This document shows positions 9,638-27,977 of a stretch of 64,000 nt of DNA, in pieces. The stretch's first letter is position 1. The number at the start of each line of letters is the position of its first letter. The DNA comes from an uncultured bacterium (GTDB taxonomy: Bacteria; Patescibacteriota; Minisyncoccia; UBA6257; 2-01-FULL-56-20). The position numbers and the translations under genes are program-made. The stretch covers positions 2,670 through 66,669 of the forward strand of contig CAWDZM010000004.1 of assembly GCA_963807165.1 (NCBI GenBank), in the 5' to 3' direction. The notes beneath the pieces are model-generated. The model had not been told where the DNA came from. It searched no databases and saw nothing but the letters and a program-made list of their open reading frames with translations.

Positions 9638-11101
9638 ATGGCAAAGCCGAAGACGGAGGTTCCCGAAGAGGTGGTGCTGGTATCAAAAACGCTTGCCGAG
9701 GCGGGGTTTGAGGCGTATCTGGTGGGTGGCTGCGTGCGGGATATGTTACTTGATCGCGAGCCGAAGGATTGGGATGTGGCGACGGATGCAAAACCGGCGG
9801 AGGTGCAAACGTTATTCACCGAAAGCGTGTACGAGAACGATTTTGGCACGGTGGGTATCAAGACCGAATCGGAGGATCCTCGCGCAAAGATCATCGAGGT
9901 GACAACCTACCGCATTGAAGGAAAGTACACTGATCAGCGGCATCCGGACGAGGTCAAGTTCGCTTCTAATATAGAGGACGATCTTTCGCGCCGCGATTTT
10001 ACCGTGAACGCGCTTGCGATGAATTTGAAGGGTGACGTAATCGATCCGTTCGGCGGAAAGAGCGATCTTGCCGCGCGCGTGATCCGCACCGTGGGCGAAC
10101 CGGAGGCGCGGTTCAGCGAGGATGCGTTGCGGCTGATGCGCGCGGTGCGCTTTTCGGTGGAGCTCGACTTTGAGATCGAGATGAACACGCGGCGCGCGAT
10201 CGTAAAACTGGCGGGCGGGTTGGAATTGATTGCAAAGGAGCGCGTGCGTGATGAGCTGACAAAGATTGTAATGACGCCGAACGCGGCAAAGGGGATTATC
10301 TTACTCGAAGAGCTTGATCTTCTTCGCTATGTTTTGCCGGAGCTTCGCGAAGGGATTGGCGTTGCGCAGAACAAACATCACATCTATACCGTTTTTGAAC
10401 ATAACGTCCGCGCGCTTGATTACACCGCTCATGAAAATTATTCGCTCGTGGTGCGCACGGCATCGCTCTTGCACGATGTCGGCAAGCCGAAGGTAAAAGG
10501 CGGCACCGGCATCGAGGCGACGTTCTATCAGCACGAATATGTCGGCGCGCGCATGGCGGTAAAGATGCTCGACCGCTTGCGGTTTTCGAAAGATTTCGTG
10601 GAACAGGTGGCGCACCTGGTGCGCATGCACATGTTCAATTACGACGACGGCGTGATCTCGCCTGCTGGCGTGCGCCGCTTGGTGGTGCGCGTCGGGCCGG
10701 AGAACATCGACGATTTATTAAAAGTCCGCGAGGCGGATCGCATCGGCTCCGGCGTCAAAAAAGCGGTACCGTACCGCCTGCGCCATTTGCTCTTTATGAT
10801 AGAGAAGGTCAAGCGCGATCCACTCTCGCCGAAGATGCTCGCACTCCGCGGTGATGCCCTGATGCCACTGCTCGGTCTGCCGCAATCCCGCCGCGTTGGC
10901 TGGATCCTGAACGCGTTAATGGAAGAAGTGATCGATGATCCAAAAAAGAATGATAAAAAATATTTAGAAAAGCGCGCAAAAGAATTGAACAAGATGAGCG
11001 ATGCGGAATTGCAGGAATTGTTCGCGAGCGCCCAGCAAAAAAAGCGCGAGGCAGAAGGGGAGATGGATGAGGATATAAAAAAGAAACATCACGTACAATA
11101 A
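9638..11101 (+). CDS. cca: CCA tRNA nucleotidyltransferase / poly(A) polymerase family with HD domain
   Basis: LVGGCVRD, DWDVAT, DLSRRDFTVNA, EDALRLMRA and LLHDVGKP motifs. Confidence 0.9.
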   Translation: MAKPKTEVPEEVVLVSKTLAEAGFEAYLVGGCVRDMLLDREPKDWDVATDAKPAEVQTLFTESVYENDFGTVGIKTESEDPRAKIIEVTTYRIEGKYTDQRHPDEVKFASNIEDDLSRRDFTVNALAMNLKGDVIDPFGGKSDLAARVIRTVGEPEARFSEDALRLMRAVRFSVELDFEIEMNTRRAIVKLAGGLELIAKERVRDELTKIVMTPNAAKGIILLEELDLLRYVLPELREGIGVAQNKHHIYTVFEHNVRALDYTAHENYSLVVRTASLLHDVGKPKVKGGTGIEATFYQHEYVGARMAVKMLDRLRFSKDFVEQVAHLVRMHMFNYDDGVISPAGVRRLVVRVGPENIDDLLKVREADRIGSGVKKAVPYRLRHLLFMIEKVKRDPLSPKMLALRGDALMPLLGLPQSRRVGWILNALMEEVIDDPKKNDKKYLEKRAKELNKMSDAELQELFASAQQKKREAEGEMDEDIKKKHHVQ

Positions 11102-11136
11102 CCGGCGCATAAAAATAAAGTTCACATACCAAAGCT

Positions 11137-11568
11137 ATGAACATAAAAATAAAACGATTTGATAAAGAACTTCCACTGCCGAAACGCCAGACCGAAAGTG
11201 CCGCAGCCTTCGACCTGACCGCACGCGAAGCCGTGACAATCGCACCGGGCGCCGTCGGGTACGTTCCGCTCAACATCGCCGTTGAAACGCCGGATGATCA
11301 TTTCCTTCTCATCGCCGCGCGGAGCAGCACTCATAAAAAAGGACTCATCATGGCGAATGGTATTGGTATCATCGATCCGGATTTTTCCGGCGATGGCGAC
11401 GAGATCAAGGCCGCATATTTTAATTTCACCGCCGCGCCGGTAATAATAGAGAAGGGCGATCGCATCGCACAGGGGACATTCGTAAAAATCTCACACCCCG
11501 AATGGATTGAGGCGGACGAGATGCCGAACAAAACGCGTGGGGGATTTGGAACTACAGGCGCGAAGTAG
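11137..11568 (+). CDS. dut: dUTP diphosphatase
   Basis: AAFDL, ARSS, GIIDPDFSG, GDRIAQ and RGGFGTTG motifs. Confidence 0.95.
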   Translation: MNIKIKRFDKELPLPKRQTESAAAFDLTAREAVTIAPGAVGYVPLNIAVETPDDHFLLIAARSSTHKKGLIMANGIGIIDPDFSGDGDEIKAAYFNFTAAPVIIEKGDRIAQGTFVKISHPEWIEADEMPNKTRGGFGTTGAK

Positions 11569-11612
11569 GTTGAATTATTTTCCCAAACGCGGTTAAATAC
11601 GTTGGTATTCTA

Positions 11613-11683
11613 CGGGCTGTAGTATACCGGTAGTACGTGCGATTCGGGTTCGTAAAGACCGGGTTCGATTCCCGGCAGCCCGA
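11613..11683 (+). tRNA. tRNA-Pro(CGG)
   Basis: Acceptor CGGGCTG/CAGCCCG, anticodon loop TTCGGGT, T arm CCGGG-TTCGATT-CCCGG. Confidence 0.92.
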
Positions 11684-11684
11684 C

Positions 11685-11767
11685 AAGAAAAACAAAACAC
11701 CCCCTCCTTTTCTGACCTAGTGATAAGAATCAACGGTCAGAAAAGGAGGGGGTGTTTTGTTTTTCTT
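11685..11767. repeat. Perfect 33-bp inverted repeat (long hairpin) with TGA-TAAGAA-TCA inner loop
   Basis: 11685-11717 is the exact reverse complement of 11735-11767. Confidence 0.9.
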
Positions 11768-11831
11768 AGGTGATAATTAAGGTGATTTTCCCAATATCCA
11801 CAGCTTGTCAGACCTCACGGCATAAGACCTC

Positions 11832-11859
11832 TTGACACCCTCCAAAAGCTGAGTATACT
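11832..11859 (+). promoter_or_regulatory. Sigma70 promoter of the 23S-5S locus
   Basis: TTGACA-16 bp-TATACT. A boxA-like AATCTTTCACA follows at ~11891. Confidence 0.7.
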
Positions 11860-12211
11860 TACTCTCAAGATACGAATGGTAAAGAACACTAATCTTTCAC
11901 AGCAAGACGGCTGACCGCGCGTATTTCACGCGATGGAGCGGCCGCTGAGCGGCTGATTTTTTTTCTTGGCATGGGTATCCTACGGTGCCTCGCGGTATCG
12001 TGCAGCGTTATTTAAAATCATCTGCCGTTTTGGTAGAACTCCGAATTGTAGAGTCGGAGGACATAATATGGAGACTCTGTGTCACTATTAGGTCTGGTCG
12101 CTAACATCCGCATCGCGGGTGGGCCGGATCGCTGCATACGCATATGTAGTCAATTTCTCGTGACAAGTCAGAGTCAAATCATCAGTAAGAATTTTTTCTT
12201 ACTGATGGCAA

Positions 12212-12318
12212 GTGTTGTACACCCCTTTGAAGGGTGTCGCGGAGCCGCGAAGGCGGCGAGCGCCAAGGCGGCCGGTCAGCAGACCGGAACGCCGTCCCTG
12301 CAAAGGGGTGTACAACAC
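12212..12318 (+). repeat. Structured dispersed element, copy 1 (conserved branched core plus 18-bp perfect IR arms)
   Basis: Arms 12212-12229 and 12301-12318. Core AGGGTGTCGCGGAGCCGCGAAGGCGGCGAGCGCCAAGGCGGCCGGTCAGCAGACCGGAACGCCGTCCCT. Confidence 0.9.
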
Positions 12319-12320
12319 GA

Positions 12321-15336
<3,016 letters not shown>

Positions 15337-15340
15337 ATTC

Positions 15341-15446
15341 GATCCATGACAGTACTTTGTAGGGACGCGTTGCGACCTGCTGGTCGCGCGCTTACGCTCG
15401 GCACCTTCGTGCCTCCGCGATACCCTCCAAAGCACTGCCATGGATC
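15341..15446 (-). repeat. Structured dispersed element, copy 5 (reverse orientation)
   Basis: Minus-strand core AGGGTATCGCGGAGGCACGAAGGTGCCGAGCGTAAGCGCGCGACCAGCAGGTCGCAACGCGTCCCT. Arms GATCCATGGCAGTGCTTTG / CAAAGTACTGTCATGGATC. Confidence 0.88.
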
Positions 15447-15490
15447 TCATTTCCAATCTACAATTGGAAACCAATCAAAAAGACGGCGGG

Positions 15491-15646
15491 GTGCTGCTCA
15501 TATTTTTGTGTTTCTCAGGGTGTCTCGGAAGCGCGAAGGCGCTGCTCCGCCGAAGAGGCGGAAACGAAGACTTGCGCGTGAGCGCGAGGCGGCCAGTCAG
15601 CAGACTGGAACGCCGTCCCTGAGAAACATAAAAATATGAGCGGTAT
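15491..15646 (+). repeat. Structured dispersed element, copy 2 (expanded core with two extra hairpins)
   Basis: Arms GTGCTGCTCATATTTTTGTGTTTCTCAGGG / CCCTGAGAAACATAAAAATATGAGCGGTAT. Core contains AGCGC-GAAG-GCGCT and CCAGTC-AGCA-GACTGG. Confidence 0.88.
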
Positions 15647-15660
15647 CACGAACGGCTTTT

Positions 15661-15783
15661 TGATGTCGGTGCTTCATTCGGGCGTGCCCCACCTCTTCCC
15701 ATTCCGAACAGAGAAGTGAAAGCGTCCCAATCCCATGATACTTGCGGGTTCGCCTGCGGGGAAAGTAGGATGTGCCGACATCA
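15661..15783 (+). rRNA. rrf: 5S ribosomal RNA
   Basis: CACCTCTTCCCATTCCGAACAGAGAAGTGAA, GGGAAAGTAGG, terminal helix TGATGTCGG/CCGACATCA. Confidence 0.93.
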
Positions 15784-15797
15784 AAGTGCCGTTAGAA

Positions 15798-15839
15798 GAA
15801 AAAAAGAGGGGCGGAACGCAATGCGTTCCGCCCCTTGTT
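15798..15839. terminator. Bidirectional terminator after 5S
   Basis: A-run then GGGGCGGAACGCA-A-TGCGTTCCGCCCC followed by TTGTT. Confidence 0.7.
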
Positions 15840-15847
15840 CGATTCGG

Positions 15848-16243
15848 TCAATCCATCCACGTCGCATAGGCAGCGATGAGGGGATTCCCTTCTTCGTCGA
15901 CGTCGTCGACTGATCTACTGATCGTCCAGCCCTTAATCGAGGAGGAACTTGGTCTCTGTGGATATCTCGCCGGGCCTTCCTCCTGGCGTGCGTCGGAAAG
16001 TTTCAGGAGCGATTCTGCGAGTTCATCTGGGCTGAGTGGGCGGTAGAATACGGCGCACTCTTCGAATGGTTTTTCTCCCACCACTCGGATAGAGTAGTCC
16101 ATCCCGGAGATTGGTCTCGTATAGTTGAAATACCGCCTCCGATCATTCCCGAGGGTAAAGGCGAGACATTCCTTCAGTGTCGAAATGTCAGCACCTCGAC
16201 CGATAATATTGGCGGGATCCAAAAGATTTTTTAATTCCAACAT
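15848..16243 (-). CDS. Hypothetical protein
   Basis: 131-aa ORF with GAGAGG SD and a TTGACG-17-TATATT promoter on the minus strand. Confidence 0.65.
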   Translation of the reverse strand: MLELKNLLDPANIIGRGADISTLKECLAFTLGNDRRRYFNYTRPISGMDYSIRVVGEKPFEECAVFYRPLSPDELAESLLKLSDARQEEGPARYPQRPSSSSIKGWTISRSVDDVDEEGNPLIAAYATWMD

Positions 16244-16327
16244 GGGACACCTCTGCGAGAGAATATATATCTTATCAGTATTAACGTCAATCCTGACAAC
16301 CCGCGTCGCATCATCTATAATGAATCA

Positions 16328-17068
16328 ATGTCCACCCGCCGCGCGAAGCAGCTTATCTATGGCACGCTGTATATTATGATTGTGCTGGCGCTCTGCGGCT
16401 GCATGTACTTTTTATTTATTCGCCCGTTTATTATTTCTTCTACCCCAGTGACATGCACACCGAGCACATGCGCGCCGACGAGCACTGCACCGCTCGCGCC
16501 GGGAACGGTAATGACGTTCGTCACGAGTCCGGGCCATTACACGTTCCTCGCTCAAGTGACAAATCAGAGCGCTGACTATGGCGCGCCGGTGTTGGATTAT
16601 GAGATCGATCTTGATGACGCCTCTGGTGCAGTATTACAATCCATTCCGGCGCAATCATTTATCTATCCGTCGCAAAGTAAATATGTCGCGGTGTTGAATC
16701 AATCGGTGACACAGCCGTTCGATCACGCGTCGCTTGTGGTGGATAGCGCGCAGTGGCTCGCGAGTTCCACGATCGGCACGATCCCTGCGATCGCGCCGGG
16801 CGAGTTCGCGCTCCAGAATATCCAGACGAGCGCGGCTTCCACGACGGTTTCGGTCGGTGGTCAGCTCGTCAACTCGAGCGTCGCCACGTACGCGCAGGTA
16901 TTCGTTACAGTCATTTTCAATGATCCGAATGGAAACCCGATCGGTGTTTCACAAACGGAACTGGATAATGTTACCGCTGGCACGACGGAAAACTTTTCGG
17001 TGATCTATCCTGTCGAGCCGAATATCAACCCGGCACTGAATCAAATTTTGGTGTACGCACTTCGCTAG
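16328..17068 (+). CDS. Membrane-anchored protein with Ig-like (FxLYD-like) domains
   Basis: N-terminal TM. VGGQLVN...VTVIFNDPNGNPIG..LDNV.AG..ENF pattern. Confidence 0.7.
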   Translation: MSTRRAKQLIYGTLYIMIVLALCGCMYFLFIRPFIISSTPVTCTPSTCAPTSTAPLAPGTVMTFVTSPGHYTFLAQVTNQSADYGAPVLDYEIDLDDASGAVLQSIPAQSFIYPSQSKYVAVLNQSVTQPFDHASLVVDSAQWLASSTIGTIPAIAPGEFALQNIQTSAASTTVSVGGQLVNSSVATYAQVFVTVIFNDPNGNPIGVSQTELDNVTAGTTENFSVIYPVEPNINPALNQILVYALR

Positions 17069-17070
17069 GT

Positions 17071-18117
17071 ATGTTCGCTCTCTTTATTCCCGTCGGTATT
17101 CTTCTTGTGGCCAGCCTCGTCATTCTTTCTGCGATATCCTTCCACTTTTTTGTATTTCAGATCATCTGGATTGTACTCGGCATCGGGCTCGTCATCGCAT
17201 CATCGTTCGTGGACATCCGCGCGATCTTCAATGCGCAGTGGGTCGTGTGGGGAGTGTACGCACTCGCATTCGCGCTGATGGTGTTGGCATTGATCGCATC
17301 ACCGCTTGTGCGTAATACGCATAGCTGGCTGGTGCTCGGTCCGTTCAGCCTACAGCCGGTGGAACTTATGAAGGTCGCCCTCATCCTGCTCTACGCAAAT
17401 TATTTCAGCCGGCGACACATGGCGATCGCGCGCTGGAAAAATATTTTTACTTCGTTCATATTTTTCGTTATCCCTGCAGCGATCTCGGTGAAACTGCCCG
17501 ACCTCGGTTCAGCGGTGATCTTCTTTGGCATCTGGTTCGGATTTTTATTATTGCTCGGATTGCCGTGGCGCAGAGTGGTACTCGCGATCGCGGTGATCGC
17601 GCTTACCGGCGGGCTGATCTGGACGTATGTATTAAAACCATACCATCGCGCGCGCATCGTCGGATTTTTGTATCCCAACCAAAATGTGCTTGGCATCAAT
17701 TACAGTGCGGCACAGTCGAAGATCGCAATCGGCTCTGCAGGATTCTGGGGACAGGGCTACGGGCAGGGAACGCAGGCGCAGCTTGGATTTCTCTCCGAGC
17801 CGTCGGAAGATTTTGTCTTCGCCGCATTCATTGAAGAGTGGGGAATATTCGGCGGCATCATTATCATTGTTGCATTTCTATTACTCATCTTTCAGATATT
17901 GCGGATCGGCGCGCTCGCCGATGAAAACTTCGAGAAATTTATTTGTATCGGTGCGGCAATGATGTTCGGCGTGCAATTCCTTTTGAACACCGGCTCCGTC
18001 ACCGGACTCCTGCCCGTCATCGGCGTGACATTCCCATTTTTGAGCTATGGCGGATCGAGCATGCTCGCGAATTTCTTTATGCTGTCGATGGTCAACTCGA
18101 TTCGCAAGCGTTCATAA
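17071..18117 (+). CDS. rodA: SEDS family peptidoglycan glycosyltransferase RodA/FtsW
   Basis: SLQPVELMK, PDLGS, QSKIAIGSAG, DFVFAAFIEEWG and GVTFPFLSYGGSS motifs. Confidence 0.9.
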   Translation: MFALFIPVGILLVASLVILSAISFHFFVFQIIWIVLGIGLVIASSFVDIRAIFNAQWVVWGVYALAFALMVLALIASPLVRNTHSWLVLGPFSLQPVELMKVALILLYANYFSRRHMAIARWKNIFTSFIFFVIPAAISVKLPDLGSAVIFFGIWFGFLLLLGLPWRRVVLAIAVIALTGGLIWTYVLKPYHRARIVGFLYPNQNVLGINYSAAQSKIAIGSAGFWGQGYGQGTQAQLGFLSEPSEDFVFAAFIEEWGIFGGIIIIVAFLLLIFQILRIGALADENFEKFICIGAAMMFGVQFLLNTGSVTGLLPVIGVTFPFLSYGGSSMLANFFMLSMVNSIRKRS

Positions 18118-18119
18118 AA

Positions 18120-19115
18120 ATGGGAATTCTTAATAAGAAAAATATTACTTTGGGTATCGTTGCGGTGGCAATCATTGTTGTGGCGGGATTATTTTTTTTC
18201 AGCCTTGCACCGGTGAATGCCAATAGCGCTGCGCAAACGGTCTTCACGGTCAATGTCGGCGATGGCTTTCGGGAGGTCTCACAGCATTTATACGCCGCGC
18301 ATCTTATCCGTAGCCCGCTCGGGTTCGAACTTTTCTCGCTGATAGACGGCCGCGCACTCGAGTTCAAGCCGGGGTTATATAAGTTGAGCCCATCGATGGA
18401 TGCGGAACAGATCGTTGCCGCGCTCTCCGGCGGAGGAGCGGGAACGGTGATGGTCACAATTCCAGAAGGATCGAATATTTTTGATATCGATAGGATCGTG
18501 AGCGCAGCGCTCGTGATCCGTCCCGGCGCACTCATCAACTCTACTAACACGCAAAATCTGGAGGGGCGGCTCTTCCCGGACACCTACCAATTTTATACGA
18601 ATGATAGCGTGGGGGGTGTGACGCAGGAAATGGAAGCTGATTTTGATGCCAAGGCCTTGCCCCTGCTTGCTGGCACTTCGACCGCTACCATGACGGCGCA
18701 GGAAAAGCAGACCCTTATCATCGCATCGATCATACAGGTTGAGGTGCCCAGTCAGAACGACGAGGAGCTGGTGGCGGGGATCATCCAAAAACGCCTCGCC
18801 GACGGGATACCGCTTGATATCGACGCGACGGTCTGCTATGCCAAGCTCCTGGCGAACCCCACTTCCACGCCCGGCGCCTGCTCTCTTACCGCGCTTGACT
18901 TTAGAATCGATTCGCCATACAATACCTACTTGTATAAGGGTTTGCCTCCCGCTCCGATTGGCAACCCAGGCACTTCCGCCATTACCGCCGCGCTTCACCC
19001 CCAAAGTTCCCCCTACTTTTACTATTTAAGCGACCCCGCGACGGGGAAAACAATATTCGCCAAGACCCTTGACGAACAGAACCAAAATAGAGTTAAATAC
19101 TTAGAAAGCAATTAA
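18120..19115 (+). CDS. mltG: Endolytic transglycosylase MltG
   Basis: VTIPEG, LEGRLFPDTY, IASIIQVE, L.IDATV.Y and SPYNTYLYKGLPPAPIGNPG motifs. Confidence 0.92.
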   Translation: MGILNKKNITLGIVAVAIIVVAGLFFFSLAPVNANSAAQTVFTVNVGDGFREVSQHLYAAHLIRSPLGFELFSLIDGRALEFKPGLYKLSPSMDAEQIVAALSGGGAGTVMVTIPEGSNIFDIDRIVSAALVIRPGALINSTNTQNLEGRLFPDTYQFYTNDSVGGVTQEMEADFDAKALPLLAGTSTATMTAQEKQTLIIASIIQVEVPSQNDEELVAGIIQKRLADGIPLDIDATVCYAKLLANPTSTPGACSLTALDFRIDSPYNTYLYKGLPPAPIGNPGTSAITAALHPQSSPYFYYLSDPATGKTIFAKTLDEQNQNRVKYLESN

Positions 19116-19341
19116 GAAACGGTATCCCTCGAAAAAAGGAAGGGCGGAGCCGTTTTTTGCGCGTTAGGGTTCTGGGGGGGGTAGGAAGGAGGGTAGAGGA
19201 TAAAGGCCGAAACAAAAAAAATGATGACCACATTTTATTTCATCGACGTATATAAAGATCCGCCGCGAAGGTAACCCTTCGCGCGTTCGCGTTTTGATGA
19301 TTGAGATCGGTGATCATAAAAATTTTTTAAAAAAATAAATC

Positions 19342-26079
<6,738 letters not shown>

Positions 26080-26136
26080 CTGACGTAGCGCGGGTCGACT
26101 GGACTTTTCCGGTCGGCTCGGCTACAATACAACCCA

Positions 26137-26598
26137 ATGACCAACGAAGAAAAGGATAAAAAGGAATACGAACTCGCGCTTCTTTTAAAGAGCGAAGAGA
26201 ATCTTGCTGGCGTGCTGGCGCTCGTTGGAGCCCACAACGCCGAAGGCATGACCGAGCCGCGCGCCAAGCGCCTTCAGCTCGCGTATGAGATAAAGAAGCA
26301 TACCGAAGCGGTATTCGTTTACTTCACCTTCAAGATGTTCGGCGATGATATGAAGAATCTTGAGACCGAGTTGAATGTCCACGCAGATGTGCTTCGCTTT
26401 ATGGTGATCGCATCGCCGGCTCCGGCCGAGCGCACCGCGAACTCCGCCATGCCGGTTCGCGAAGAGCGCCACACTCGCTCCGCGCCGCGCTCTACCGCTC
26501 CAGCCACCGCCGCGCCATCCGAGGCGCCGCGCCCTGCTCCTTCCAAGCCACTGAGCAATGAGGCTCTGGAGAAGAAGATCGAAGAGATTCTGCAATAA
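26137..26598 (+). CDS. rpsF: 30S ribosomal protein S6
   Basis: YELALL...LAYEIKKHTEA..Y...VLRFMV, with an acidic/Pro-rich C-terminal tail. Confidence 0.85.
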   Translation: MTNEEKDKKEYELALLLKSEENLAGVLALVGAHNAEGMTEPRAKRLQLAYEIKKHTEAVFVYFTFKMFGDDMKNLETELNVHADVLRFMVIASPAPAERTANSAMPVREERHTRSAPRSTAPATAAPSEAPRPAPSKPLSNEALEKKIEEILQ

Positions 26599-26600
26599 GG

Positions 26601-26637
26601 AAAATAAAAAGACCCACTCGTGGGTCTTTTTATTTTA
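26601..26637. terminator. Intrinsic terminator after rpsF
   Basis: AAAATAAAAAGACCCAC-TC-GTGGGTCTTTTTATTTT. Confidence 0.75.
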
Positions 26638-26730
26638 TTTCGCGGTGAAAGGCACCGCGCCGTTTCGACAACTGTATAATCCATAATACGCATGTTTTTA
26701 TGGATGTCAATTCGGATCAAAAAGGAGAGA

Positions 26731-26846
26731 AGGCATAGGGGGTATATTGTTTAAAAGGTGTCTCGGAAGCGCGGAGGCGCTGAGAGCCAAGGCGGCCGGT
26801 CAGCAGACCGGAACGCCGTCCTTTTAAACAATATACCCCTTTGCCT
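26731..26846 (+). repeat. Structured dispersed element, copy 3 (between rpsF and ssb)
   Basis: Arms GGGGTATATTGTTTAAAAGG / CCTTTTAAACAATATACCCC. Core TGTCTCGGAAGCGCGGAGGCGCTGAGAGCCAAGGCGGCCGGTCAGCAGACCGGAACGCCGT. Confidence 0.9.
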
Positions 26847-26932
26847 GATTTACTTTAGAGAGTTTTAATGTACGATGTGCTAGAATGGGGCTATAAAAGG
26901 TTCGAAAACTATATTAACCAAATAATCAAAAT

Positions 26933-27433
26933 ATGGATTTAAACAAAGTCATTTTGGTGGGGCGGGTCACGGCGGATCCGCAGGTGCGCTCCACGCCGGG
27001 CGGGCAGTCGGTCACGACAATCGGCGTGGCAACCAATCGTACGTGGACGGATAAGGCCGGACAAAAGCAGGAGCAGACGGAATTTCATAACGTCGTCCTG
27101 TGGGGTCGCACTGCGGAGATCGCAGGGCAATATCTGACAAAGGGTGCGATGGTGCTCATCGAGGGTCGTTTGCAGACGCGTAGCTGGACGGACAAGCAGG
27201 GTCAGCAGCGCAAAACGACGGAAGTGATGGCAGAGCGCATGCAGCTCGGGCCTCGCGCCGCAGGCGGCGGAGGTGGTGGGCAGGGCGGCGGCAGGAGCTT
27301 CGGCTCGGGCGCACCAGCATCAGGAGGAGCATCCGAACAGGGTGGCGACAAAGATGCTGCGCCTTCACTCGATGAGATCCCAGTGATCAACCTCGAAGAA
27401 GACGAGATCAAACCGGAGGATATTCCGTTTTAA
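26933..27433 (+). CDS. ssb: Single-stranded DNA-binding protein
   Basis: LNKVILVGR, TEFHNVVLWG, IEGRLQTRSW, C-terminal EDIPF. Confidence 0.97.
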   Translation: MDLNKVILVGRVTADPQVRSTPGGQSVTTIGVATNRTWTDKAGQKQEQTEFHNVVLWGRTAEIAGQYLTKGAMVLIEGRLQTRSWTDKQGQQRKTTEVMAERMQLGPRAAGGGGGGQGGGRSFGSGAPASGGASEQGGDKDAAPSLDEIPVINLEEDEIKPEDIPF

Positions 27434-27477
27434 TCCAGGGCTTGATTAAATAGTTATTCTGGGCTACTATATTCCCT

Positions 27478-27903
27478 ATGGCAAAGAAAGTAAAAACAGT
27501 CTTAAAACTTCAACTTCCCGCGCTCGGGGCGACTCCCGCGCCGCCGGTAGGTACCGCGCTCGGACCTCAGGGCATCAACATCCAGGAGTTCTGCAAGCAG
27601 TTCAATGATGCCACGAAAGAAATGAAGGGCGATGTCGTTCCTGCGGAGATCACGATCTACGAGGATCGCACATTTACCTTCGTTCTTAAGACCCCTCCGG
27701 CATCGGCATTACTTAAGCAGGCAGCTGGCATCGAGAAGGGCGCCGCAAATCCGCTCACGGGCAAAGTTGGCAAGGTAACGAAGGCGCAGGTTCGCGCGAT
27801 CGCAGAGCGCAAGCTTCCTGACTTAAACACCGACAACCTTGAAGCCGCAGAGCGTATCATCATGGGCACTGCGAAGAACATGGGAATCACCGTAGAGGGC
27901 TAA
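27478..27903 (+). CDS. rplK: 50S ribosomal protein L11
   Basis: [24 protein letters not shown] and GTAKNMGI motifs. Confidence 0.97.
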   Translation: MAKKVKTVLKLQLPALGATPAPPVGTALGPQGINIQEFCKQFNDATKEMKGDVVPAEITIYEDRTFTFVLKTPPASALLKQAAGIEKGAANPLTGKVGKVTKAQVRAIAERKLPDLNTDNLEAAERIIMGTAKNMGITVEG

Positions 27904-27907
27904 GGAG

Positions 27908-27977
27908 AATAAAAAATACCCTGGGTTCTGCTCCGACGTAAGAACGTCCACTCGCAGAACCCAGGGTATTTTTTATT
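27908..27977. terminator. Perfect 24-bp inverted repeat / bidirectional terminator with GACG-TAAGAA-CGTC inner hairpin
   Basis: 27908-27931 is the reverse complement of 27954-27977. It lies between convergent rplK and cmk. Confidence 0.8.

Noticed and set aside
12231-12299. Core element as SRP RNA or a known self-cleaving ribozyme
   Set aside because: It lacks the SRP CAGG/GGAA/AGCAG domain IV arrangement and the hammerhead/hairpin catalytic consensus, and it is multicopy. An Rfam search is still needed.
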